Part shown: piece by piece, positions 1 through 12,200 of the stretch | How the letters are laid out: the number at the start of each line of letters is the position of its first letter | How positions within the stretch are numbered: position 1 is the stretch's first letter | Source of the DNA: Chrysochromulina tobinii | Taxonomy: Eukaryota | Direction of reading: 5' to 3' | Assembly: GCA_001275005.1 (NCBI GenBank) | Contig: JWZX01003249.1 | Location: forward strand, 1 to 64,000 | DNA length: 64,000 bases | The notes under the pieces: generated by a model | Database searches by the model: none | Told to the model about the DNA's origin: nothing | The model's input: the letters and a program-made list of their open reading frames with translations, nothing else | Position numbers and translations under genes: made by a program

Positions 1-2
1 CG

Positions 3-581
3 GAGACGGAAGCTGAGTTCTACGAGATGTCGCACCTCTTTGTGATGACCATCATCGCGCTCGGATTGGCTTCAGCAACTATCGTCCTCAAGTTCATGGA
101 CGACGTGGTCTTCGCGACGATCCGCATGAAAGAGACCTTCCGAGTCGCGCATGAGCTATTCATCATTTACCTTCGCGAGATGGACTTCGACCCGGCGCGG
201 GCCTTGCACATGGGCAATGTTTTTCGTCGGGGTGGCCAGGACACGCTGCTCTCGGAGGCCCGCCGCAATGCGGCTGCCAGCTTTCGTACGTGCGGGGGGA
301 CCCCGCAGCTCGATGGAGCCAAGAAGTCTGACGCCAAGAACCCGAAGACTGACACCAAGCCCAACGGCAAGTCGGACGACTCTAGCAAGAAGCCCTGCCC
401 CGACTTCAACGCCGGGCGCCCTTGCAAGAAGCTCAAGCCGGACGGCACGTGCGTCTTTGCGCACCGGTGCAATCAGTTCGTGTCGGACAAAGGACCTGGC
501 GGCTATTGCTTTGGCGTGCATGCTCGTTGCACCGGCTGCGACTATGACGCCGCCAAGAAGCTCCGAGCGCCGGCCGCTTAA
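3..581 (+). CDS. Gag-like ORF1 of the YR retrotransposon, 5'-partial
   Basis: Frame open from window edge; C-terminal CPDFNAGRPC...CVFAHRC and C..H...C zinc-finger-like segment typical of DIRS gag; overlaps ORF2. Confidence 0.75.
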   Translation, partial: ETEAEFYEMSHLFVMTIIALGLASATIVLKFMDDVVFATIRMKETFRVAHELFIIYLREMDFDPARALHMGNVFRRGGQDTLLSEARRNAAASFRTCGGTPQLDGAKKSDAKNPKTDTKPNGKSDDSSKKPCPDFNAGRPCKKLKPDGTCVFAHRCNQFVSDKGPGGYCFGVHARCTGCDYDAAKKLRAPAA

Positions 582-3500
582 TTCAGATGCTGTGGCGTTT
601 GGCCCGGAGGCGGTGCCGTTTTATGGGAGCGCGAGCTCTTATGTGAACGGCCTGCCAAAGGGCTGGAGTGAGTCCAGCGACACTACGGGCACCTTCGTCG
701 ACATGTTCAAGTGGGCGAGGGTCGTCTACTCGGAGGGCGCGTGCGCTTTGCCGGGAGTCAGCATCAAGTTCGATCGTTTCATCCCGGCGATGTGGAAGGC
801 GGTTCGACTTGGGTTCGTTCAGGCCCAACATGCGGAGTTCGTGCATCTGGGCCTCAGATGGGGCTTTGAGGTAGGGCTTCATCCTGGTCGTGTTCTCGGC
901 CACCGCTTCTTCAAGAACTACGAGAGCAGCACAGCCGAAGCAGCTCGTGCTCGCGTCACGGATGCTACAGAGGCGCGTGTTGCAGCGGGCAAGACGATGG
1001 ACCTGGGCGCGGTATTGCCGGACACGCTGTCGATCCTGAAACAGGTGTTCCCGGCGGCCTACATCTTCCCTATGGGAGCGACAGCGAAGCCCTTGGAGCC
1101 GACCAAGCTCAGGCCCACTGACGACCACACCCGGACGGGCCTCAACGCTGCGTGCAACATGGCTGGGCCTCCGACACTCTCGTACTCGCTCGACGCGTAT
1201 GCAGAGATGGGGCGACGTTTCCTACCGGGGTTCGCTGCCCATGTAACGGACGTCGAGGCGGCCTTTCCTATGCTACCGTTTGCACCCTGGGTGTGGCCGT
1301 TCATGTTCCACCGCTTCTACCCGAGCAAAGGCGACCCTCGCACCTTGCACCTCTACGTCCACACCACCGGCGACTTTGGCACGCGAGGCATGCCGGGCGT
1401 CTTCAAGATCTTTTTCGTCGATGTCGTCATGAACATGGCACGTGCGGCGCAGACCCTCACGCTCCCGATGACCGTCTACGTGGACGACCTTTGCGGGACG
1501 GGGCCTGTAGCCAAGGCAGTGACCCGCCGCGTCGTCAAGTTCCAGGGGTGGGCTGAGGACGTGGTCGGAGTCACCTTCAAAGTCATCAAGGACAAGACAG
1601 CCTCGCAGGTCCAGCTCTTTGTGGGGCTCTGGTGGGACTCGTTCGAGGGGACGCGTACGCTCGAAGAGCGCAAGCTCATCCAGTACATGGACATGCTGCT
1701 CGCCTTCTCGCTGCGCAAGACCCTGTCTTTACGGGAGAGGCAGACCGTCGCGGGGCGCATGCAGCGGGCCGTGCTCACCATGCCGCCGGGCGCCAGCTGC
1801 CTTCTCGCCAACATCTTCCTCCTCATGGTCGGCCTCTCCGTAGCTTGGCAGAAGCGGCGAACGACGCGAAAAGAACGGCAAGATTACCGGTTCTTCTATG
1901 ACGTCCTGCAGGCCAACTATGGGCGCGGCTACTACACCACCGACCGCTTCCAGGAGGGGCCCACGGTTTTCTCGGACGCGTCGCGCTCCAAGATGTACTC
2001 GGGAGGCGGATGGTGCTCGAGCTGGGGGCCCTTCGACTACTGGACCTATGGCACCGCGGCAGCCAAGAAGCCCATCGACTTCTTAGAGGGTGACACGATG
2101 ATCTGTAGTGTCGAGACGCAGGGCCCCACATGGGCTAAGAGGCTCGTTCAGTACAAGATGGACAACCAGTCGTTCCAGAAGTCGGCGGTCAAGGGGTGGT
2201 CGCGAGCCGAGCGCCTCAACCTCCTGCTCAAGCGGCTCTTCGTCCTGCAGATTGTCGGACACTTCCTTCTATGCTTCTCGTGGGTCTCATCCGAGGACAA
2301 CGAGATGGCCGACCACCTCTCAAGGGAGGGCGGTCTTCCTCGCTTTCTCGAGGCCGTACGTCGGAGGGCCTTCGTCGCCGACCCCGCCCTCCTTCACGCG
2401 CTTCCGGGTGCTGGCCGTGTTCGCAATCTTGACATGTCTGTGCCGTTCAATGCAGAAGATAGAGAGCGGCTCTCAGCTTTGGCCCGTACGCCGCCTGACA
2501 TGCTCTGGTTGTCTCGCGTCCTCCCTGCCGTAGTCTGCATGCAAGCTGCGATCCGAGGCTGGCTCTCGCGCCGGGCGCATGCGCGGGCGCGGGAACAAAA
2601 GTTGGGCACTTCTCTGGAGGCTTTCGGTGCTTTCATCGGGCGATGGGCCCCCGGGGGCAACTACATTTACGGCCGGCTCGACCGGGCCTACTTCTTCCCG
2701 GTCGGTGAGGACGAGCGCCTCTTTATGCGAGTGCTCGAGTTCCTCCCGTACTTCTGGGCGTGCATCGTCACAGGTATGCTCCTCGCTCTGGACATGGTGG
2801 ATCGTGGGCTGCTCGACGACGACGTGCAGCTCAAGTTCACGGCCCACGAGTGCGTCGAAGTCAAGCGCGAGCACTCAGCCCGTACCATCCAGACGTGGTG
2901 GCGGCGTCTCAGGTCTCGCTGGTCAAGGGACGGTCCCCCGCTTCCGGAAGGGGCGGTGGGTTGGTGTGCCTGTACCTTCTGCCCGCTACCGGTCTATCCG
3001 GGCGAGGGTGTCTACTGCGATCTCTGCTGGCCAGTCGAATGTGGCTGCGTCTGCATGTGCCAGTGCCAGTGCGAACCCGTCGATCGAGCCTTAGATCGGA
3101 CCCTGCCGCGGCAACGCCTTGGCGATGCCCTCGAGCAGCTGCAGGTTGAAGTGGCGCTCGCGGCCACGGCCCCGCGCCCTCGCACGAAGCGCGGCCACCA
3201 TGGATCCTGGGCGAATCGGCGCATGCTTGGGCTCCTGACCATGCTCGGCGTTGCCGGGGCGGCGCCACGCGACGGCTACTCGGCACAGGTTGCAACGGTG
3301 CAGTACCCCCGCGCCTCCCTTTATGCGGGCCTGCCGGTTGACTTTTTCGAGGCGGTGGATGAGCTAATGCACAACAGGCTCGCTCCGGGGTCCATGGCCA
3401 AAGTCGACATCGCCTTCGAGCGCTACTGGAAGCCGGTGGCCGCCGAGCACGGCTGGGACGAGATCATCACCACCGACGACCCGGAGAGGGGCGGCAAGAT

Positions 3501-4798
3501 GGCCACCTTCGTCTTGAGCATGCTCGACAACACGGCTCTCGTCGCCGACTCCATCGGCACGTACGTCTGGGCACTGCGGTGGAAAATGAAGCTCTCTCAC
3601 CAGGCTGACCCGGTGCTCGGGGTTATGCATTGGCAGGATTTCATGCGCAGCGTGCGCGTCAAGGCGCACGTCCCCCATGAACCTCGTCGAGCCGTACCAC
3701 TGCGCCTCATCTTGGCAATCATCGCCTCCATTAACGTGGCGGTCCATTGGGAAGTCCAGTTTGCGTTCTTCCTCGTGGTCATGCTCTTCACATTCTCGCG
3801 CTCAGAATGCCCGTGCCCTAAGGCCTTTACGGGTCCTCACGGCTGGGACCCGAACAAGCACTGGATGGTGCGCGACATCGTCATCCGGTGCGTCAGCGGC
3901 GTCTATGTCCTTGCCGTCCGGTTCAAATCCATCAAGCTACCATCAAGCAGGACCGGCGCATTGAACGACCCGAAGCTCGTGGAGACCATCGCCTCGATGT
4001 CCCACAAGGAGAAGCGGCTAGGGGCGGCTCTGATTGGTCCTTCGTCGCATCGTCGGTGACCTGCCGGGGCATGCGCTCAGCCCATTCAAGTGGTACCGGC
4101 TCTTGATGGGATTCTACCCAGGGCCTCGGGCGGAGACGTCTCCTTTCTTCCTGTCGGTGGATAAGACTCGACCGTACACGTACTCGGCCGCCATGAAGGA
4201 CTTTAAGACCCTGCTGCGACGCGTCTCGCCCGACGACACCGACTTCGGCCTCCATGGCCTTCGTGTCGAGGGCTGGAACTTAGGAGCAGCGGTCGACCCT
4301 GAGCTGGCTGAGGCCCACGGCGGGTGGAAGCCGGGCAACGCCTCACGATACTCGCGCTTCAACATCACCTCTGTCTTTAACCTCTCGAAGAACATGGTGG
4401 CCTTACATGCGGACGGTGCGACTGCGGCGACGGCGATCGATGCGGAGGCTGAGGGCGGTGCCATCGAAGGGGACCCGCACCTCACGGTCGACAACTTCTG
4501 GGACGAGCCCAACGAGATGGGGGCTGACGAGGCTGACGACGAAGACGTCGACGTCTGGTCGCCGGGGATGAACGTGGCCAGGCTGGACGGGCGCGAGGCC
4601 CGACGGCCAGCCGAGACCGCCGGGGGGAGCAACGATCCGCTCCCCAACCGGGGGCAGCCTGGGGGACCGCTGGCTGTTGTGCCGCAGGTCGCCGAGGGAC
4701 CTCACTCGTACGTGGGGGCGGCGCTCCGCTTGATGGCTACCTCGCCACCTTCGCGGGCAGTTACTCGGCTTCAGGCGTTGCTGCGTCAACAGCCGTAG
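151..4798 (+). pseudogene. Pol polyprotein RT-RNaseH-(IQ/Cys insert)-tyrosine recombinase, disrupted by two frameshifts
   Basis: RT: DVEAAF, GDFGTRGMP, YVDD (1477-1488). RNase H: FSDAS, E, MDN, DNEMADHLSR. YR: FSRSEC, HGLR (~4253), HGGW...RY. Frameshifts at 3929-3948 and 4042-4055. Confidence 0.85.
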
Positions 4799-4940
4799 GC
4801 GCCCTTACTACCGTGGATTCTCTGGGTCTTCTGGGGCTGGATCGCTGATCCTGGGTTGTCGCGCTCACCAGGCTGCGTTTGTGTAGCTTTGATGAACCGC
4901 AATTCAACGTTTCAACGCGCGACCAGGTTTACTAATCATT

Positions 4941-5960
4941 TCATACGAGCACGCGCACATTCTTCGACACCACACACAAGTGGCCCTGGATGGGCTTTCG
5001 AGCCTCGTTGCGGATGTTGGTCACCTCAATGCTCCGCAAAACTAGGCTCTCCGTCGCCTCGATGACGATGCGCAGATACTCCTCAGAATGGGCGATGCGC
5101 TCGGAGCTACGCTCCACCCAGCCACGGCCCTCGGGCGGGATCCCGTCGTTAAGGGCGAGCTCGGTCGAGAAGACGAAGAGGCCACCGGGCTGCAGTGCAC
5201 GCGCGACAGATGTGAAGAGGTCCGTCAGGTCTCGGAAATAGAGCAGCACATCCGCGGCGATGATCAGGTCTGCACTCGATGCCTCGACGCGCCTCTGGAG
5301 GAACGCCACGCAGTCGCACGCCTCGAGCTCGTCAAAGACGCCTCGCTTTTTCCGAGCCTCGCGGATCATCCGACCAGAGAGGTCGCAGCCGATGAGGCGG
5401 CCGAGGCAGCGCCCACGCAGCTGCGCGGCCGCGAGCCCAGTCCCGCATCCAAGGTCGACAGCGAGGTGGCTGCTCACGCTGCCGTCCTCATTGGCATAGT
5501 CTCTGGCGAGGAGCGCCTCGAGCTTCTGCGGGACGTCGTATCCGAGATCGATCACTAGGCTCTTTTCAAATGTTGGCGCGTACTCGTCAAAGAGGCCCTC
5601 GACCTGGTTCCTCCAGTAGATGCGCAGCGTGCGCTCAGTCTCTGTCTCCGCACAGCCAGCGCGCGCCCAAGCGCCTACAGCTTGCTTCTCAGCCTCAAGC
5701 TTAGCATCGTGAGCAGCGTCTTCGGCGATCGCATCCTCTTTACGCTTTTGGGCGAGTCTCTCGTTGATCGCTGCCACGTATGACACATCATTTTCGAGAT
5801 TGTAGATGTCCTTATTCACCTTGGCACGCTCCTTCTTCTGCGCCTTCCCTTCCAGTGAGGGTAGGCGACGCTTCAAGGCCTCAATATTTGCCTCAACCTC
5901 CGCAATGATGTCTTCCGCACACGTAGCCACCGTCTCTTTAGCCGGCACACACGTCGCCAT
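4941..5960 (-). CDS. Class I SAM-dependent methyltransferase (COG4976-like) with N-terminal coiled coil
   Basis: LFDEYAPTFEKSLV...LGY.VP, DLGCGTGL, DLS..M, DLIIAADVLLY, LQPGGLFVFSTE, RIAHSEEY; first ATG at 5960. Confidence 0.85.
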   Translation of the reverse strand: MATCVPAKETVATCAEDIIAEVEANIEALKRRLPSLEGKAQKKERAKVNKDIYNLENDVSYVAAINERLAQKRKEDAIAEDAAHDAKLEAEKQAVGAWARAGCAETETERTLRIYWRNQVEGLFDEYAPTFEKSLVIDLGYDVPQKLEALLARDYANEDGSVSSHLAVDLGCGTGLAAAQLRGRCLGRLIGCDLSGRMIREARKKRGVFDELEACDCVAFLQRRVEASSADLIIAADVLLYFRDLTDLFTSVARALQPGGLFVFSTELALNDGIPPEGRGWVERSSERIAHSEEYLRIVIEATESLVLRSIEVTNIRNEARKPIQGHLCVVSKNVRVLV

Positions 5961-6238
5961 TTTTCTCCAGAGACCGCGCTTCCACGACACCAGAGCGCTC
6001 TTCCGACTCCTCACTCCTGCGGTCCCGTCCGCCTGTGAACGTTAACACGACAGAGATTCGTCAGAACCGATGATAAGGTTCCGGATCTCGCACAGGTCGA
6101 GGAAAATCCTTCTGTACTCCGGTACGAAAAGCCACACGCAATCCCCTCTGCTTTGATGAATGGGGGAAAGAACCGAATGGGCAAGAACAACGATAGAACT
6201 CCACACACAGACCGTCCAGCCGTCGAGGATATCTGCGG

Positions 6239-9200
6239 TCAATCCATGCGCTCGAGCAGATCGTCGCTCGGCGAGGGCGCGAAGCGCACGTGCTTGCGTG
6301 CGAATTCCTCCTCCTGCTTGGAGCTGCGCACAATCGACTTGTAGCGCCACCAGCGCAGCGGTCTGTACAGCGCCTTCTCGCGATGCATGTCAGCGGCATA
6401 TTCACAGAAGAACCTGCTGTGCTTATCGTGCTCGGCATGGTCCTTCCAGCGCTTCAGCAGCTTGACAACTGTGAATACCAGCTCGTACTCACGCGCCTCG
6501 AGCATGTTGTGAAACCGCCAGTGGCGCCAGGCCCACCGGCACCGGATGAGAGCGTAGTGGTCGTGGGCGCACCCGAGGGAGGCGGCCGAGAGCATCATGT
6601 TGAGCACCGTACGCCTCCAGAGCACGAGCGCCCACCGCGCGCCGCGCCAAACGGCGAGGGAGATGCCGGCCATTCCCCCGTGCCCGTGGGCCGCGCCGCG
6701 TCGCAGGCGTGCGTCGTGTACGCGCTGCTCGAGCGCCAGCTGGTACGAGTGCCGGTGCCACGTCACAAGCGCCTTGCGGAGCAGCAGGCTGCCGAGGCGC
6801 AGCCGGCGGTGGCCCGCGATCACGTCCTTCAGTTGCGCGTCGGGGAGCAGCGCAATCCAGCCGCGCCGCAGCTCGCTCATCGACGCGAACAGGAGCGCGG
6901 CACGCACGGCCGCAGCCTGCACGTTCACGCTCTTTACGCGTGCGTCGCAAGCGGCACGCCATCGCTCGAGAGCGACACCCACGCCGCGGCGCAGGCAGCA
7001 GTCTGCCACGCGCCTCGCACTCGCCATCGTGTGACGCCGCTTGGCCGCCGCGTCGCACCACGCTAGCAGCGCGCGCCGCTCGCCTCGGCGCAGGAAGAGA
7101 CTGGCGAGGAGCGCTCGCCGTGTTTGGAGCTCGACGGCGGTCGCGTGCCACGTGATGAACGCGCGCGCCGCGGCCGCGTGTCGCAGGCGCAGCAGCACGT
7201 GCCGCGCCTTGGCGAGGGCCGCGGCGCGCTCCGCCGCGTGCAAGTAGAGCGTGCGGAAGCCGAGCGCGAGGCCCTGGAGCAGCCAGCCGCGAAGGGCAAA
7301 CTGCAAGCGACGCGTCCGCCCGCTGGCCACACGCGCCGCGCCCATCCATGCCCCAAAGGCACGGTAGACGCTTCGGTGCACCCAGGCTTGCACGATGCGC
7401 CGCACACTCGTGCGCCAAGCGGCGAGCTCATGCAGCCGGCCCAAGGCGCGCGCGAGCGTGCCCGCTTGCCAACGCAGCATGGCACGGAGCGCCGTCGCGG
7501 CGCACTTCTGGGGGCTGCCTCTCTTGCGCAGAGTGGAGCGCCACTGCAAGAGTCCTCCGAGGAGCTCGGCGGCGACCAGTGCGTACGCGGCCCGGCGCAG
7601 CTTGCGCAGTGCCATCAAGCGCGCGCGGCTCAGCTCGATCCAACTGGCCATGGCGCGCGCGAGCCCATCGTTGAAAAAGTACGCGAGCGAGCGCCTGCGG
7701 CGCGTCGCCGCAGCTCTGGACTCGACCGCCATCGCGAGCCACGTGGCAAAAGCCTTTGCGCGACCGTCGTTGAGCAGATGCGCGATCGCTCGCCGCTGGC
7801 CCGATCGCTCCCAAGCAATGGCCTGCGCGTAGCCCGACCATGTGTTGAGCGCCTTGCGCAGCTCTCCGCCGGTGAACGCCGATAGGCCGGCGCGCAGATA
7901 CATCAGCAGGTCTGCCGCGGCGCTGGCGTTGTGACACCACGTCATGAAAGCGCGCCCGAGGCCGTCGGCGCACAGAAAGGTGAGCGCCTCGCGCCGCCGT
8001 CGGCCGTCGGCGGCGAGCTGCGCCGCGTTCGAGGTCCAGCTGAGCCACGCGCGCGCGAGGCCGTCACCTCGAAGGAAGGCCGCCGCGCTGCGCACTCGTC
8101 GCCTCGCGGCCGCTTGTCCATCGCAGTAGCTGGCCATCGTGTTGAACGCTCGGCGGAGCGCCGTCGTGAGCAGCGCGCGGCACGCTCTGCGGACTTGCGC
8201 GCGCGAGGCTTGTAGAGTCTGCAAGCAGTCCCACGCATACAGCATCGCGGGTTTGCTCCATCGCTGGACCGAGCGCGCGAGGGCCATCTTTTGCACCATC
8301 TTCTGCGTCGCCATGATGGCCATGGTGCGGAAGCCGCGCGCGAGCTCGCTGTTGAGCAGAAACCGGCTCGCTTGCATCAGGACGCCATGGGTCGCACTTG
8401 AGGCGCGCGCGGCCCGCGCCCAGTGCACCCACGCGAACGCGGCCTCAGCGTGCACGAGCTTGGCCGCGACGCGTCGCAGCGTCCGCAGCGCGTCGACACG
8501 TGCGCACGCCACGTCACGCCACTGGCGGAGGGCACGGGACGCGCCAGAGTGCACGAGCCGCGCCGCAAGAGAGTGGGCATAGTGCCACTGCTCCGAAGCC
8601 GAGCGCCATCTGGCGAGCGCCAATGCCGCGGAGGTGCCGAGGACACGGAATGCGAGCGTCTTGACGCGCTGCCACTGGGCCGTGTGCTCGTGCCACGAGC
8701 GCAGCGCGCGCAGAACTTGGGCAAAGAGGAAGCGCCGTGCCACGTGGCCGACAGCCTTCCTCTGCGCGCCGAACTCGGACCACTTGCTCAGAGCGCGCCC
8801 GAGGCCCGTGAAGATCAAACGACGCGCCACCGCCTTCATCGCGTCGAGCTTCGCGCGCTGCTCGCGGCTAAAGGCGGCCCAGCACGCATACAGGCGTGCG
8901 TGCGGCAAGAGCGCGCGCGCGAGCAGACGGTGCACCCGCGCCATCTCGGCGCTCGACGTGCGCCAGCAGCAGAAGGCGTGCAGCACGAGTTGGGTCTCCG
9001 GATGCATGGCGGCCACGCGCGCGCGCATCGCCTGCAACGCCGCCGCGCGCTCCCGCCACTGCGCGAGCGCAAAGACACGGGGGTCGCCCGCGAACCGCTG
9101 CGCCGTCCATCGCCGCAGCCGCTCCGCCTCTGCTCTCTCGAGGGTCTCGGACCGCCACTGGTTCAAGGCCCTGAGCGAGCTGCCCAGGCGTATGCGGTTG

Positions 9201-12200
9201 AGGGTGGCGCGGAGCCGCTGGGCATGGCGCGCGAGCGGAGCCCATCGATTGTACGCGCGCACGAGGCCCAGGCGCATCAGCCTCTTGAGCGCGACGCTGA
9301 TCGCACGTCGCCCTTCGAGAGTCACCACGGACGCCCGCAAGATGGCGTCGAACCCGGCACTGAGCTCCGCGGAGCGCCATTGAGTCGACGATTGGCGCAG
9401 CCGGGTGAGGGCTGCGTGCCGCGCCTCGCAGGCAGCACGCCACTGGTTGTAGGCAGGGACCAGCTTGATGTTCGCGAGGCGGCGTACCGCCCGAGTCGCC
9501 AGTGCGCGCCCCGCCGCGTGGGTGCACAGAAGGCCGAACGCATGGGCTAGGACGGCGGCACGATGACGCAGCGCCGCCCGCAGCAGCGGCTTCGACTGGG
9601 TCGAAAGGGCAGCGACCCACCGCCAGCGGTGCACCGTCGAGCGCAGCGTGCGTGCGTCCACATGCGCGGCCACAGTGCCCGAGGCGGCGCTGAGCACGCG
9701 CTCGAGCAGCCGCATCTTCCGCCACTGCGCCGCCCAAGAGCGCAGCGCGCTGCCCACACGCGCGAGCAGCAGCCGGCGTACGACCCTAGCCATCTTCGCG
9801 CCCGCCTCAGTGCGTCGGCGCGCGTCGGCGCGGTGCATGTCAACCCACAGGGACCACGCGCCCGCCTCGGCGCGCCCACGCAGCAAGTTGAGTGCTCGCC
9901 GCGCCACCGTGAGCGAGTCGCGCAACGCGCGCGCGCTGGCGCGCCAATGGAAAAAGGGGTCTGTGAAGGGGGGCTTGAAGAATGTGCGCAGCGTGCGCTC
10001 GATCTGGCCCATGGTCGCCGAATGGGTCCGCAACGCGTACCAAGCGGCCGACAGGTGCTGCAGCAGCATGTGACGCAGCGCGCGCTGCATCGTGAGACGG
10101 CGCGTCGCATGCGTGTGCGCGAGCCGCAGCCAGCGCCCCATCTGGTGCCGGCCAAGCGCGTCGGTGCACGAGCCGAGGAGTGTGAGGGCCGCATGCCGGA
10201 GCGTCGCCGCCTCGATCCATAGGTCCCAGGCGACGCGCACGCGCAGTCCCCACTTGGCGCTGAGAGCCTCCCGCCACACGTCGAGCTTCGACCGACCGTT
10301 GAGCTTGGAGGCATGGCCGCGCCACGTGCGGAAGCAGCAGAGGGCGCGCCCGAGCTTGGCGTGCCCTCTGCACAGCTTCCTCAGCTCGGGGGCATTGCGG
10401 CGGCGCGTCACGTGCGCATCGAGCTTGGTCCACGCGGGCCGCAGCCGCAGCCGCCGGAGTAGCTTGCGCGCGGTGAGCGAGAGAACACTCATCCGCGCCA
10501 CGCGCCGGTGCTCGTCCTTGAAGTGTGCCCAGCCGCGCGCGAGGTTGAGCGAGAGCATCGACTGCATCGCGCGGCGCGCCAGCCGCCAGGCGCCCGCCTT
10601 ACGCGCCCACGCGTCCCAAGCGAAGCCGCGCGCGCCACCCATCCACGTACTCGCCGCCCTTTTGATCGAGCGCAGCGAGGCGATCTGCTCGCGCAGTGTG
10701 TCACGCCAGCGCCGCCACAGCGCGAGCTTCGAGGCGCGCGCCGCGACGCCGAGCAGACTCTTGGCTGCCCGGCAGAGCGCGGCGTGCTCGCGCAGCCTGG
10801 GCAGCGCCGACGTGAGCGCCAACTCGCGCTCGTGTCGAATGGCATTCACAGCGAATGCGAGGCCCTTGGCCAGGAGCGATCGGTTCGTCGCCCAGCGCGC
10901 GAAGCCGCCGTGCAGCGACTGCAAGCGGCCGGACGCGAGGAAGGTCCGCACCGCGCGCTTGACCTTAATCAGCTCCGCGGCCGCCGCCTTCCAGCAGCCC
11001 AGAGCCGCGACGCCCTCCCGGCGCAGCACCAGCGTGGCGCACGACTTGGACTTGTGCTCGAGGGCCCAAAAGAGGAACGCACGGCGCAGCGGCTCGGCGG
11101 CCGCAAAGAGCGCGGCCGCCACGGCGGCCGACGGCCGTCGGTGGGCGTTGAGGCGGTAGAAGGCGGTGCGCAGCAGCAGGCGGCGCCCCTTGCCGGTGCC
11201 TCGGAGCAGGTTGCGCAGCAGGTGCGCGGCGATGTGCGTCTGCAGCGCCCACGTGCGGATGCATCGGATCACGATGCGCTGGCGCAGCGCGTACACCACC
11301 TTGAGGATCAACTGCTCCTCGGAGCTGCCCGTACTGCATGCAGCGCGCCAGGTGGTCATGGCGCGCGCGCGGCTGCTACACGACATGAAGGCGAACGCGC
11401 GCTTCACCGTGTTCTTCGCGAGCCAAATTTTCGTCGCAGTCGCGCGCCAGCGGCGCAGAAAGTGCATCTGTTCCGTCCCAAGCAGCCGCGAGGTTGCCCA
11501 GCGCATCTTGTGCAGCGCCTCCGCGCGCTCGCTCGTCAACCCGCCCCACTTGTCCCACGCGCGGCTCGTGTGGAATTGGCGGAAGCGAGCGATCGGGCGC
11601 AGCAGCATCGCGCGCCGCGTCACGGCCATCTCGTGCCACGTGCGAAAGGCGCGCGAGCGGCCGGCGCCGATCAACTGGCGGATCGCATGCGCTCTGATCT
11701 CGACGGCAGCGGCTCGTTCCTCCAGAGCAGCGTGCCACGTGCGCCACGCGCGGCTCCGGTGATGATGGCTAAAGGTGCGCATGGCGCGCCGGAGCACCTC
11801 GAGTCCCCTCTTGCGCTGCGCGCTCGCGTGCTGCCACGTGTTGAGCGCCCGGATGAACGCCATCCCGATCAGGCGTCGCACCACGCGCGCCTTGGCCAGC
11901 CGAACGCTCGTCACGTCGGACAGTCGGTTCCACGCACGGCGCATGGCGCGCAGCCGCGGCTGCAGCAGCGTCCGCATCTTGGCGACGAGCCGCGTATCGA
12001 CGCGCAGGTCCGCCCAGGAGCGGAAGGCGCGCGCAAGCTGCTGCGACGCCATCGAAGCCACTGCGGCGTGCAGCGTGCCCAGCGCCGCGCTTAGAGCGGC
12101 GGCCTTCGTCGCCCAGTGATGCAGCATCCGGCGCACGCCGTAGGCGAGGGCGTCGGCCGCACGCCGGAACACGAGATCACGGTCCGCGGCTTCGCTCGCA

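Larger units (their letters stand above)
1..4798 (+). mobile_element. DIRS/Ngaro-like tyrosine-recombinase retrotransposon (5' end outside window; YR frameshifted)
   Basis: Gag-like ORF with Cys/His finger overlapping a pol ORF carrying RT, RNase H and tyrosine recombinase motifs; terminal repeats not identifiable in this window. Confidence 0.9.

Noticed and set aside
4799..4940. 3' terminal repeat or ICR of the DIRS-like element
   Set aside because: No partner sequence in the window because the 5' end is outside it
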